A stretch of DNA of 64,000 nucleotides, from positions 106,268,001 to 106,332,000 of the forward strand of contig JANJGN010000008.1 of the NCBI GenBank assembly GCA_026770705.1, given 5' to 3'. The stretch's first letter is position 1. Each line of letters opens with the position of its first letter. The stretch is from Isurus oxyrinchus (taxonomy: Eukaryota). The position numbers and the translations under genes were made by a program. Positions 43,001 to 58,200 of the stretch are shown one piece after another. A model generated the notes under the pieces. The model did not search any database. It worked only from the letters and a program-made list of their open reading frames with translations, and had not been told where the DNA came from.

Positions 43001-46000
43001 CGTCACAGCACGACTAGCCCCAAGATCTAGCCCAACTACCCCCTGACACAGCCCGACTACCCTTCCCGACCCTGCCCGACTACCCCCCAGACCCAGCCTG
43101 TCTACCCTCCCCGACCCAGCCGACCACCCGATGACCAAGCCCAACAACCCTCCCCGACCCATCCTGACCACACACCATGACCCAGCCATCTAGCCCTCCC
43201 AAACCCAACCCACACCGACTACCCTCCCCGAGCGAGCCTGATTAATCTCTCTGAACCAGCCCGACTATACCCCTGACTCAGCCCAACTGCAATCCCCAAC
43301 ACAGACGACCACCCGATGACCCAGCCCAACCACCCTCCCCGACCCATCCTGACCGCCCACCATGACACAGTCTGACTAGCCCCGGCCCAGTCTGACTACC
43401 CTCCTGGACACAGTCCGACTACACACTGAGACATCCCAACTACCACCCCTACCCAGCCCGACTACCCCCCACTCAGCCCGACTACCCCCCGAAACTGACC
43501 AACTACCACCCCCGACCCAGCCCGACTACCATACCCGACCCAACCCGACTACCAACTCCGACCCCGCACGACTAGCCCCCAAAACTGTCCCAGCCTTATT
43601 ATACCTCTCCAAATCAGCCCAGCCCAACCAACGCATCAAACCCGACCCCAGATCGACTACCCCGCAAAAAGGGACCCAGCCTGAATGCCCGTCCACCCTG
43701 ATCCAGCCCTACAATCCCCTCAAAACCGTACCCAGCCCAACTACTAACCCCAAACCCGACCCAAACCGACATCCCCTGCAAATCCGACCCAGCCCGTTTA
43801 CCCTCTCCAAATCTGACCCAGCCCGTCTACCCCACCAAACCCAACCCAGCTCGACTACAACCCCAAAGTCAACCCAGCCCCACTGGCCTCCCCGACAAAG
43901 TCCGACTCCCCTCCCCAACCCAGCCCAACTGCCCTTCCCGACTCAGGCTGACCCAGCCCGACTACCCTCCCCAACCCAGCCCGACTAGCGTCCCCTACAT
44001 AACCTGACTCCCTTCCCCAACCCAGTCCCACTACCCTCCCCAACACAGTTGACCACCCGCTGACCCAGCCCAACAACAATCCCGGACCAATCCTGACCGC
44101 CCACCACGACCCAGCCTGACTCCCCCCGACCCAGCCCGACTACCCCCTGACACAGTCTGACTAGCCCCCTGACCCAGCCTGATTACCCCCCCCACCCAGC
44201 CCGACTACCGCACCTGACCCAGCACGACTACCCCCTGCCCCAGCCCGAATAACACCGCCGACCCAGCCCGACTACCAACTCCGATCCAGCACGAATAGCC
44301 CCCAAAGCCCGACCCAGCCCGACTACAAGACAAAACTTACCCAGCCCTATTATGCCCCTCCAACGCAGCCCAGCCCAACCAACCCATGAAACCCGACACC
44401 AGATCAACTACCCCACAAAACCTGACCCAGCCCGAATGCCCCTCCACCCTGATCCAGCCCTACTATCCTTCTAAAGCCCGACTACAAACCCCAAACCCAA
44501 CCCCAAGCAACTTCCGCTGCAAATCCGACCCAACCCGTCTACCCTCTCCAAATCTGAATCCAGCCCGTCTACCCCCCACCAATCCCGACCCAGCTCGACT
44601 ACAGCCCCAAACCCGACCCAGCCCTAATATCTCCCCAATACCATACGCAGCTGGACTACAAACATCAAATCTGAACCAAACCGAGTTCCCCCAAAAATCC
44701 GACCCAGCCCGACAACACCCCAAAATCCAACCCTCCATGCCTCACAAGCTCAACCCAGCACGACTTAACTACTCAAAAAAGCATGACTCCCCTCCCCAAA
44801 CCAAGCCCAACTACCCTCCCCGATTCAGGCCAACCACTCATCCCGACCCATCCCAACTACCCTCCCCAAACCAGCCCAACTACCCTCCCCAAACCAGCCC
44901 GACTACCCGCCCCAAACCATCCCCGACCGAGACCAACTAACTAACCCGACCTAGCCCGACTACACACCTGACCAACCACATTGACCACCCCCATCCAGCA
45001 CATCCTCCATCCCCGACCCAGCCCGACTACCCTTCCTGACCCAGCACGACTACCCCCAGACCTTGCCCGACTACCCTTCCTGACCAAGCCCGACTACCAC
45101 CCACAACCCAGTCCATCTCATCCAGCGACCCAGTCCGACTACCCTTCCCGACCCAGCCCGACTACCCCCAGAACCTGCCAGACTACCCTTCCCGACCCAG
45201 CCCGACTACCCTTCTCGACCCAGCACGACTACCCCCAGACCTTGCCCGACTACCCTTCCTGACCAAGCCCGACTACCACCCACGACCCAGTCCATCTCGC
45301 CCCGCGACCTAGCCCAACTACCCTTCCCGACCCAGCCCGACTACCCCCAGAACCTGCCAGACTACCCTTCCTGACCCAACCCGAATACCAGCCCTGACCA
45401 AGTACATCTCGCACCGTGACCCAGCCCGACTACCCTCCCTGACCATGCCCAATCAACCCCACCAAACTGGACCCAGCCAGACTACCTCACAAAACCCGAC
45501 TCAGCCCGACTATTCCCCCAAACATTACCCAGCCCGAATACGCCCCCAAACAATGACCCAGCACAACTAGCCTCCAAAACCTGATCCAGCCCGACTACAT
45601 GCCAAAATTGAACCTGACCTATTATAACCCTCCAACTCACCCCAGCCCAACCGACCCAGGACCAAATACCCCCTAAAACACGACCCAGCCCGAACACCCC
45701 TCCAGTGCGACCTAGCCCTACTATCCCCCCAAAACCGACAACAAACGTCAAACCCGACCCAAACCGACTTCTGCCGCGAATCCAACTCAACCCGCCTACT
45801 CCACCCAAAATCCGAACCAGCTCGAATACCCCCCCAAATCTGACCCAGCCCATCTACTGCCCCCAAACGGTACACAGCCTGACTACAAACACCAAACCCG
45901 ACCCAAAGAGACTTCCCCCAAAAATCCGACCCAGCTCATCCAAACCACAAAACCAAACCCAGCCCAAATACCACCACATCCCAACCCAGACCATCTACCC

Positions 46001-49000
46001 CCACAAACCTGACCCAGCTCGACTGTACCCGAAAACGCAACCCAGCCCGACCACCCTTCCCAAACTCAACCCCGCCTGACTCCCCTCCCCAACCCAGCCT
46101 GACTACCCTCCCCGACCCAGCCCAAATACCCTCCTCGACCCAGCCTGACTACCCACACCGACCCAGCTTGACTACCCACCCCGACTCAGCTCGTCTACCC
46201 CCTCACACAACGCGACTACCCCCACGACCTAGCCCAACTAATGTCGCCGATCCAGCCAACTATTCGATGACCAGCCCAACCACCCTCCCCAACCCATCCT
46301 GACCACACCCCTCGACCCAGCCCGACTACCCCCAGAGACCCTGCCGGACTAGCGCCCTCGAAACAGCCCAACTACCCCCCTCAAACCAGCCCGACTACCC
46401 CAACAAACCAAGGCCGACTACCCCCCACAACCCAGCCCGACTATGCCCCGGACACAGCCCGACTACGCACCCCAACCCAGCCCAACTACCCTCCCCGACC
46501 CAGCCCGACTACCATGCCCAACCCAGACCAACTATCCTCCGTGACCCAGCTTGACAACACACCACAAAACAACGCATCTTCCCTCCCTGACCCATCCCGA
46601 TTACCCCATGATGCAGCCCGAATAACCTCCCTGACCTAGCCCAACTACCAGCTCATCCTGACCCAGCCCTTCTACACTCCTAAACTGACTCAGCATGATT
46701 GCAAGTGAAAACTGACCCAGCCCTATTATACACCTCTAACTCAGCCCAGCCCAAACAATCCAACAAACCTGATCCCAGACTGAATACCCCCCCAAAACCA
46801 ACCCACCTCGAATGCTCCTCCAGCCTGACCCAGCCTTACTATCCCCCCAAATCACAATGCACAAACCCCAAATCTGTCCTAAAACGCCTTCCCCCGCAAA
46901 TCAGCCCCAGCCCGACTACACCTCAAAACCCGACCAAGCCCGAATATCCCCATAACCCAACACTGCCCAAATACCCCCTCCCCCGGCACAGCCTGACTAC
47001 ACCCCTCGAAACAGCCAAACTTCCCACCCCCACCCAGGCCGAATACCCTCCCAAACTGAGCACAACTACTCTCGCTTACACAGCCTGACTTCCCTCCCCA
47101 ATCCAGCCCGACTACCCTTCCCGACCAACGCCGACAACCAACCCCGACCTAGCCCGACTACCCTCCCCAAACCAGCCCGACTACCCTCCCTGACACAGCC
47201 AAACTCCCCTCCCCAACACAGCCTGACTACGGTCCCCAACCCAGCCCGACTACCCTCACCAGCGCAGCCTGTCTTCCCTCTCGAACCCAGCCCGACTACC
47301 CTCCCCATTCCAGCCTGACTACCCGCCCTGAACCTGCCCGACTACCATCCCCGACCCAGCCCAACTAACTACCCCGACCTACCCCGACTACACTCCCAAC
47401 CAAGCACAAAGACCTCCCCCCATCCAGCACGTCTTCCCTCCCCGACCCAGCCCGACTATCCTTCCCAAACCAGCCCAACTACCCCCAGACCTTGCCCGAC
47501 TATCCTTCCTGACCCAGCCTGACTACCACCCATGACCCAATCCATCTCGCCCCGCGACCCAGCACGACTACCAGCCCCGACCCAGTCCATCTCTCCCCGC
47601 GACCCAGCCCAACTACCCTCCCTGACCATGCCCAATCAACCCCACCAAACTGGACCCCGCCAGACTACCTCACAAAACCCGACTCAGCCTGACTACTCCC
47701 CCAGACATGACCCAGCTCATATACACACCCAAACAATGACCCAGCACGACTAGCCCTCAAACCTGACCCAGCACGACTACATGCCAAAACTGATCACCCC
47801 TCCAGACCGACCCAGCCCTACTATCCCCCCAAAACCGTCTATAAACTCCAAACCTGACCCAAACCGACTTCCCCTGCAAATCCAAATCACCCCAACTCCA
47901 CCAAACATAATCAGACACAGCCCGTCTACTGCCCCCAAACCAAACCAAGCCCTACTACAAACCCCAAACCAGACCCAAACCAACTTCCCCTGCAAATCCG
48001 ACCCAGCCCAAATAAACCCCAAAACGCTACCCAGCCCAATTACTGCCACAACCCAAAACAACTTGTCTACCCCCACAAACCTGACCCAGCTCGACTATAC
48101 CCCAAAACCCGACCCAGCCCGACTACCCCTCCCAAATTCAACCCAGCCCAACTCACGTCCCCGACCCAGCGCAACTACCCTCCCCGACGCAGCCCGACTA
48201 CCCTCCCCAACCTAGAACGACTACCCATACTGACCCAGCCTGACTACCCAACCTGACCCAGCCTGTCTTCCCTCCCTGACCCAGCCCGACTACCGTCCCC
48301 GACCCCACCCGTCTACCCCTGACACAGCGCGACAAGCCCCCGACCCAGCCTGAATACCCACACCGATTCAGCCTGACTACCCACCCCGACCCAGCCCGTC
48401 TTCCTTCCCTGACACTAACCGACTTCCCCCCCCAACCCAGCCTGACTACGCATCCCCGATCCAGCCTACCACCCAATGACCCAGCCAAACCACCCTCCCC
48501 GACCCATCCTGACCACCCCCCTCGACCCAGCCCGACTACACCCACAGACCTAGCCGGACTAATCCCCCGACCCAGCCCACCTACCCCCCTCGACCCAGCC
48601 GGACTACCCCCACAAACCAAACCCAACTACCCCCCACCACCCAGACTGACAACCCCCCCGACACAACCCGACTACCCACCACAACCCAGCCCAACTACCC
48701 TGCCCAACCCAGAGCGACTACCCTCCGCGACCCGGCCCGACTACCCACCCCAACGCAGCGCATATTCCCTCCTCGACCCATCCTGACTGTCCACCCCAAC
48801 CCATTCCGATTACCCCATTGCTGCCCGACTACCCTCCCTGTCCCAGTCCAAATACCCGCTGACGCAGCCCGACTACCCTCCCCAACCTAGCCCAACTACC
48901 AGCCCATTCTGACCTAGCCCCTCTACACCCCAAAACTGACCCAGCCCGAATACACGCGAAAACTGACCCAGCCCTATAATATCCCTTCAATTCAGCCCAG

Positions 49001-49250
49001 CCCAACCATTCCAACAAACCTGACCCCAGACCGAATACCCTAACAAACCCAACCCAGCCTGAACGCCCCACCAGCATGAACCAGTTCTACTATCCCCCTA
49101 AATCATTACCCAACCCGACCTGAAACCCCAAACCTGTCCCCAACTGACTTCCCCCGCAAATCAGACCCAGCCCGACTACAGCCCAAAACCCAACCCAGCC
49201 TAATTGTTCCTAGAACCCAACACAGCCCAACTACCTGCCCAACACAGCCC
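40071..49250 (+). repeat. Copy 2 of the ~9.4-kb tandem higher-order duplication (A-type units to ~42920, then B-type)
   Basis: The same ordered landmarks as copy 1 are present. The abrupt return from B-type to A-type units near 40070 marks the junction. The right end is approximate. Confidence 0.85.
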
Positions 49251-52200
49251 GAATACCCCCCTCGACCCAGCCGAGTACCCCCACAGACCCAGCCGGACTA
49301 CCCACAACATCCCAGCCCAATCATCCCCCCGACGCAGCCTGACTACCCACCCCGACTCAGCCCGACTACCCTCAAGGACCCAGCCCATCTTCCCTCCCCG
49401 ACCCAGCCGGTCTACCCACCCCAAACCTGCCTGACTACCACCCCTGACCCACTCTGACTACCGACCCCGTCCCAGCACGACCAACCCCCCGACCAAGCCC
49501 GACTACCCCCCCTAACCCAGCCCGATTACGCACCTTGACTCAGCCCGACTACACATCACAACCCAGCTGGTCTACCCGCCCCAAACCTGCCCGACTACCA
49601 CCCCTGACCCAGCCCGACTACTGACCCCGACCCAACATGACTAACCCCTCAACCCAGCCCGACTACCCCCCTAAACCAACCCAGCTTCCCTCCCCGACCC
49701 AGCCTGCCTACCCCCTGGAACAGCCTGACTACCCTCCCGGACCCAGCCCGACTACCACCCCGACCCAGCTCAACTACCCACTCCGATCCAGTCTGCCTTC
49801 CCTCCATGACCCAGCCCGAATACCGTCCCCAACCTAGCCTGTCTAATCCCCTGACACAGCCCGACTAGCCCCCGACCTAGCATGACTACCCCCGATGCAG
49901 CCTGACTACCACCCCCGACCAAGCCCGACTACCAACTACGACACAGGACGACTACACCCCCCGACCCAGCCCATGTTCCCTCCTCCAACATGGCCTGACT
50001 ACCCCCCCTACCTAACCCAACTAAAACCCCCGACCCAGCTGACCACCCTCTGACCCAGCCCGACTACGCTTCCCAACCCAACCCGATTACCCCATGACAC
50101 AGCACGACTACCCTCCCCGACCCAGTCCGACTACCCCCGATGCAGTCCGACTATCCTCCCCGACCCAGCCCAACTACCAGCCCATCCTGAACCAGTCCGA
50201 CTAAACCCCAAAACTGACCCAGCCCGACTACATGTGAAAACTGATCCAGCCTTATTATACCCCTCCAACTCAGCCCAACCCAACCAAACAACTAAACCCA
50301 ACCACAGTCTGTATACCTCCGAAAACCCAACACAGCCCGAACGCCCCTCCAGCCAGAGCCAGCCATACTATCCCCCCAAATCAGTACCCAACCCGACTAC
50401 AAACCCCAAACCTGTCCCAAACTGACTTCCGTCGCAAATCAGAACCAGACCGACTACAAAACAGAACTCGACGCAGCCGAAATATCCCCACAACCCAACC
50501 CAGCCTGTCTACCTCCAAACCCGACCCAGCCCAACTACACCTGCCAAACCCTACCCAGCTGGACTACCCTCCCAACCCTGCCTGAATACCCATCCCGACC
50601 CACCCCGACTACACTCCATGACCCAGCCAGACTAAGCTCCCCGACCCAGCCCAACCATCCACACCAACCCAGCCCGACTAACCACCCCCACCCAGCCTGT
50701 CTACCCACAAAGACCCTGACCGACTATCGTCCCCGACCCAGCCTGACTACCAGACCTGAACATGCCGGACTACCACCCCCGACCCATCCTGAATACCCAC
50801 CCCGTGCCAGCACAACTAAGCCTCCTACCCTGCCCGACTACCCTCCCCAACCCAGCCTGTCTTCCCTCCGTGACCTAGCATGACTACCCCCTGACACAGC
50901 CCGACTATCCCCCACCCGACCCAGACTTACTTCCCACCCCGACCCAGCCCAACCAACCCCACCAAACCCCATCCAGCCAGACTACCCCCCAAAACCTGAC
51001 TCAGCCTGAATACACTCCGAAACATGACCCAGACTGACTACTCCCCACACAATGACCCAGTACGACTAGCCCCCAAAACCTGACCCAGCCCATCTACACG
51101 CCAAAACTGACCCAGCACTATTATAACCCACCAACTCAGACTAGCCCAACCAACCCACCAAATCTGACACCAGACCGAATACCCTCCAAACCACTACCCA
51201 GCCCGAACGCCCCTCGAGACCTACCCAGTGCTACTATCTCCCAAAACCGACTACAATTCCCAAACCTGGCCCAAACCGACTTCCCCCGCAAATCCGACCC
51301 AGCCTGACTACACCACCCAAAATCTGACCGAGCCTGACTACCCCCTAAATCTGACACAGCCAGACTACCACACTCACACATGACGCAGCTCGACAGCTGC
51401 CCCAAACCGCACCCAGCCCTACTATACCCCCAAAACAGTACCCGGCCCAACTACAAACCCCAAACCCGACCCAAACTGCCTTCCTCCGCAAAACCGACAC
51501 AGCCCGACTACACACCCAAAATCCAACCCACCCCATTTACCCCCCCAAACCTGCCCCAGCTCAACTAAACACCAAAACCCGACCCAACCCGACTACCCCT
51601 CCCAATCTCTACCCAGCCCGACTCCCCTCCCCAACCCAGCCCGACTGCTCTCTGACCAAGCCCAACTACCCACCCCGACCCACCCCGACTAGCCTCCCCG
51701 ACCTAGCCAGACTACCCATCTCGATCCAGTCTGTCTTCCCTCCCTCACCCAGCCCAAATACCCTCCCCGACCCAGCCCGTCTACCCCCGACACAGCCCGA
51801 CTAGCCCCCCGACCCAACCTGACTACCAACCCTGACCAAGCCTGACTACCAACTACGACCCAGCACGACTAGCCCCCAAAACCCGACCCAGACCGACTAG
51901 CCCTCAAAACTGACCAATCCCTATTATACCCCTCCAACTCAGCACAGCGCAACCAACCCACCAAACCCGACCGCAGATCGACTACCCTGCAAAACCTGAC
52001 CCATCCTGAATGCCCCTCCACAATGATCCAGCCCTACTATCCCCCCAAAATCATACCCAGCCTGACTACTAATCCCAAACCCGACCCAAACCGACTTTCC
52101 CTGCAAATCTGACCCAGCCCGCCTACCCTCTCCAAATCCGACACAACCCATCTACACCCACAAACCTGGCCCGCTTGACTACAACCCCAAATCCTACCCA

Positions 52201-55200
52201 GCCCTACTATCTCTCCAAAACTGTACGCGGCCCGACTAGAAACCTCAAACCTGACCCAAACAGACTTCCCTCGCAAATCTGACACAGCCCGACAACACCC
52301 CAAAATCCGACCCAACCCGACTACACCTCCAAAACTCAACCCAGCCTGGCTACCCTCCCCGAAGCAGCCCGACTACCTTGCCCGACCCAACCTGACTACT
52401 CCAATGACCCAGCCCGTCTACCCCGCCTAACCCAGCCCGACTACCCTCCCCGACCCAACCCGACTACCCACCCTGATCCTGCCCGACAACTATCCCTGAC
52501 CCAGCTCGACTACCCCCTCCCAACCCAGGCCATCTTCGCTCCCTGACCCAGCCCTACTACCCTCCCCAACCTAACCCGACTAACCTCCCCAACCCACCCT
52601 GACTACCCTCCCAACCCAGCCCGTCTTCCCTCCCTGACCATGCCCGATTACCCTCCCTGACCCAGCCCGATTAATCACCCAGACCTAGCCCGACTACCCC
52701 CGACCCAGCACGACAACCCTCCCCCAATCCAACCCTTCATCCCTCCCAGAACCAGCCCAACTATACGCTGACACAGCCTGACTACCCTCCCTGACCCAGC
52801 CCGGCTACCAGACCTGAACCTGCCCGACTACCACCCCCGACCCATCGCGAATACCCACCTCGTCCCAGCACGACTAAGACTCCTACCCTGCCCGACTACC
52901 CTCCCCAACCCAGCCTGTTTTCCCTGACTACCCCCTGACACAGCCGGACTATCCCCCACCCAACCCAGACTGACTTCCCTCCCTGACACAGCCCAACCAA
53001 CCCCACCAAACCGGACACAGCCAGACTACCTCCCAAAACCTGACTCAGCCTGACTACATCCCAAAATATGACACAGCCTGACTACTCCCCATACAATGAC
53101 CCAGTACGTCTAGCCCCCAAAACCCGGCCCAGCCCGTCTACACGCCAAAACTGACCCAGCCTGACTACATGCCAAAACTGACCCAGCCCTATTATACCCC
53201 ACCAACTCAGACCAGCCCAACCAACCCACCAAAACTGACACCAGACGGAATACCCCCCAAACCACTACCAGCCCAAATGCCCTTCCAGACCGACCCAGCG
53301 CTACTATCCCCCCAAAACCGACTACAATCCCCAAACCTGGCCCAAACTGACATCCCCCGCAAATCCGACCCAGCCCGACTACACCAACCAAAATCTGACC
53401 TAGCCTTACTACCCCCCTAAATCTGATGCAGCCCGACTACCACCCCCAAACCCAATGCAGCTCAACTGCCGCCCCAAACCCCAGCCAGCCCTACTATACC
53501 CCCTAAACCGTCCCCAGCCCGACTACAAACCCCATACCCGACCCAAACTGCCTTCCTCCGTAAATCTGACACAGCCCGACTACACACCCAAAATCCAACC
53601 CAGCCCGTATACCCCCCCAAACCTGCCCCAGCTCGACAAAACACCAAAGCCCGACCCAGCCCGACTAACCCTCCCCGACGTAGCCAGTTTACCCACCCCG
53701 ATCCAGTCTGTCTTCCCTCCCTGACCCAGCCCAAATACCCTCCCCGACCCAGCCCGCATACCACTTGACACAGCCCGACTAGCCCCCCGACCAAGCCCGA
53801 CTACCAACTACGACCCAGCACGACTAGCCCCCAAAACTGACCCAGCCCTAATGTACCCCTCCAACTCAGCCCAGCCCAACCAACCTACGAAACCCAACCC
53901 CAGATCGACTAACCCGCAAAACCCGACCCAGTCGAATGCTCCTTCACACTGATCCAGCCCTACTATCCCCCCAAAACCGTACCCAGCCTGACTACTATTC
54001 CCAAACTCGACCCAAACTGACTTCCCCTGCAAATCCGACCCAGCCCACGTACCCTCTCCAAATCCGACACAACCCGTCTACCCCTACAAACCCGGTCCAG
54101 CTCGACTACAACCCCAAATCTGACCCAGCCCTACTATCTCCCCAAAACCATACTACAAACCTCAAACCTGACCCAAACTGACTTCCCCCGCAAATCCGAC
54201 CCAGCCCGACAACATCCCAAAATCCGACCCAGCCCGACTACACCTCCCAAACTCAACCCAGCCCGGCTACTCTCCCTGACCCAGCCCGACCAGCCTCCCC
54301 GACCCAACTCGGCTACCCACCCTGAACCTGCCCGACTACAATCCCTGACCCAGCCGGACTACCCACTCCCAACCCAGGCCGTCTTCCCTCCCGGACCCAG
54401 CCCGACTACCCCCCCCCCAACCTAACCTGACTAACCTCCCCAACCCAGCACGACAACCCACCCCAATCCAGCCCCATCTTCCCTCCCCGAACCAGCCCGA
54501 CTACCCGCTGACACAGCCCAACCAGCCACCCTGACCCAGCCAACCACCCCCCGACCCAGTCCGTCTTGCCCCCCGAACCAGCCTGACTATGCTCCCTGAC
54601 CAAGCCCAACCAACCCCACCAAATTGGACCGAACCAGACTACTTCACAAAACCCAACTCAGCCCGACTACTCCCCAAAACATGACCCAGCCCACATACAC
54701 CCCCAAACAATGACCCAGCATGACTAGCCCCCAAAACCCAACCCAACCTGACAACATGCCAAAACTGACCCAACCCAATTATACCCCACTAACTCAGCCA
54801 AGCCCAACCAACACACCAAACCCGACCCCAGACTGAATACACACCAAAACACGACCCAGCCCAAACACCCCTCCAGACCAACCCATCCCTACCATCCCAC
54901 CAAAACCGACCACAAACCCCAAACCTGGCCCAAACCGACTTCCTCCGCAAATCCGACCCAGCCTGACTACACCACCCAAAATCTGACCCAGTCTGAGTAC
55001 CCTCCTAAATCTGATGCAGCCCGTCTACTGCCCCCAAACCGGACGCAGCTCAACTAACCCCGCAAACCCGACCCAGCCCTACTATACCCGGTGAACTGTA
55101 CCCAGCCCGACTACAAACCCCAACCCCAACCCAAAGTGCCTTCCCCCGCAAATCCGACCCGGCTAAACTACACCCCAAAATCCAACCCAGCCCGTCTACC

Positions 55201-58200
55201 CCCCCAAAACTTTGCCAACTCGACTAAACGCCAAAACACGACCCAGCCTGTCTACCCCTCCCAAACTGAACCCAGCTTTACTCACCTCCCCAACCCAGCC
55301 TGACTACGGTCCCTGACCCAGCCCGACTACCCTCCCCGATCCAGCCCACAGACCCACCCCGACCCAGCCTGACTACCAAACCTGACCCAGCCCGTCTTCC
55401 CTCCCTGACCCAGCCAGACCACACTCCCTGACCCTGCCCATCTACCACCTGACACAGCCCGACCACCCCCCCCCCCCGACCTAGCCCGACTACCCTTGTG
55501 ATCCATCCCAATGACCCAGCCCAACAACACTCTCTGACCCATCTTGACCGCCCTCCTCGACCCATCCTGACTACCCCCACAAACCCAGCCGGTCTACCCC
55601 CTCCGACCCAGCCCAACTACCCCCCTCGACCCAGCCCGACTACCCACCCTGATCCAGCCTGACTACCCACCATGACCCAGCCGATCTTCCCTCCCCCGAC
55701 CCAACCCGACTAAAGGACCCGACCCAGCCGACCACCCTCCAACCCAGCCCAATTGCAGTCCCCGAACCAGCCCGATTACCTCATGACACAGCCAGACTAC
55801 CCTCCCCAACCCAGTCCGACTACCGGCTGATGCACCCCGACTACCAGCCATTCCTGACCCAGCCCAACTATACCCCAAAACTGACCAAGCCCGGCTAAAC
55901 CCCAAAACTCAACCCAGCCGAAATATCCCCACAATCCGACCCAGCCTGTCTACCTCCAAACCCAACCCAGCCCAACTACACCTCCCAAACCCAACCCAGC
56001 CCGACTACCCTCCCCGACCCAGCCTGACTACCCTTCCAGATCCAGCTCGACTACCCCTCCACCCTCCCTGACTAACCTTCCCAACCAAGCCCAACTACCA
56101 CACCCGACCCAATCCGTCTAGACCCCCGACCCAGCCCAACTATCCTCCCCGAACAAGCCCAACCAACCCCAACAAACTGGACCCAGCCAGACTTCCTCAC
56201 AAAACCCAACTCAGCCCGACTACTCCCCCAAACATGAAGCAGCCCGAATACGCCCCCAAACTATGATCCAGCATGACTAGCCCCCAAAACCCGACCCAGC
56301 CTGACTACATGCCAAAACTGACCAAGCCCACCAATTCAGACCAGCCCAACCAACCCACCAAACACGACACCAGACGGAATAACCCCCAAAACACGACACA
56401 GCCCAATCACCCCTCCTGATCTACCCAGCTCTACTATCCCCCCAAAACCGACTACAAACCCCAAACCTGGCCCAAATGGACTTCCCCAGCAAATCCGACC
56501 CAGCTTGACTACACCACCCAAAATCTGACCCAGCCTGACTACCCCACCAAATCTGACACAGCCCGTCTACCGCTCCCAAACCCGACGCTGCTCAACTACA
56601 CCCCCACACCCGACCCAGCCCCACTGTACCCGTAAAACCGTTCCCAGCCTGACTACAAACCCCAAACCTGAACCAAATTGCCTTGCCCCACAAATCCAAC
56701 CCAGCCAAACTACACCCCAAAATCCAATCCAGCCCATCTACCCCCCTAAACCTGCCCCAGCTCGACTAAACATCAAAACCTGAACAAGCCGGACTACCCC
56801 TCCCAAACCTAACAAAGCCCGACTCCCCTCCCCAACCCAGCCCATCTTCCCTCCCTGACCCAGCCCAAATACCCTCCCTGACCCTGCCCGTCTACACCCT
56901 GACACAGCCCGACTACCCCCCCCAACCCAGCTTTCCACGCCTCGACTACCCTTCACGACCCAGCCCAACTTCCCTCTGACACAGCCCAACAAATCTCCCT
57001 GACCCTTCTGACCACGCCCCGACACAGCCCGACTACACTTCCCGACCCAGCCCGACTACCCTACCCGACCCAGCCCGACTACTCCACGACCCAGCCCAAC
57101 TACCCTTCCCAACCTATCCAGACTACTACCCCTGACCCAGTCCGTCTAGCCCCCTCGACCCAGCCTGACTACCTGCTTGGAAAAAGCCCAACCAACCCCA
57201 CCAAAACGGACCCAGCCAGATTACCGCCCAAAACCCGACCCAGCCTGACTACATGCCAAAACTGACCCAGTCATATTATACCCCATCAACTCAGCCCAGC
57301 CCAACTAACCCACCAAACCCGACCCCAGAATGAATACCCCCAAAATATGACTACAAGTCCCAAACCCAACCCAAACCGAATTCCCTCGCAAATCTGACCC
57401 AGCCCACCTACCCCCCCCAAATCTGAGCCAGCCCGTTTACCGCCCCCAAACCCGACCCAGCTCAACGACTCCCCCCAAACCGTACCCAGCCTGACGACAC
57501 ACCCCAAAGCTGACCCAAACTGACTTCCCCTGCAAATCCGACACAGCCCGAATATACCCCAAAACACAACCCAGCCCGAATACCCCCACAACCCAACCCA
57601 GACCATCTACCACTACAAACCTTACACAGCTCGTCTACACCCTCAAATATGACCCAGCCCTAGTATCCCCCCAAAACCGTACGCAGCCCATCTACAAACC
57701 CCAATCCCAACCCAAACCGACTTCTGCAGCAAAGCCGACCCAGCCCGACTCTGCCCCAAAACCCGAACCAGCCTCACTACCCCTCCCACACTCAACCCAG
57801 CCCGACTCCCCCCGACCCAGCATGACTCCCCTCCGCAACCCAGCACAACTATCCTCCATAACCCAGACCGACTACCCTCCCCAACCTAGCTGACCACCCG
57901 CTGACCCAGCCCAACCACCCTCCCCAAGCCAGCCTGACACCCCAAACCCAGCCCGACTACCCACCAACCCAGCCCGACTACCACCCCCGACCCAGCATGA
58001 CTACCCTCCAACTCACCCCGACTACCAGCCCCCGATCCAACCTGACTACCAAATCTGACCCAGCCCAACTTCCCCCGACCCAGCCAACCACCCCCCCACC
58101 CAGCCTGACTACACTCACCGACCCATCCCGATTACCCCATGATGCAGCCCGACTACACTCCCTGACCCCAGCCCAACTACCAGCCCATGCTGACCCAGCC

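Noticed and set aside
30690-49250. Assembly artefact (false duplication) as the explanation for the 9.4-kb repeat
   Set aside because: The copies differ by many substitutions and whole-unit indels, which is more than expected from read error or allelic haplotypes. Long-read confirmation is still needed.
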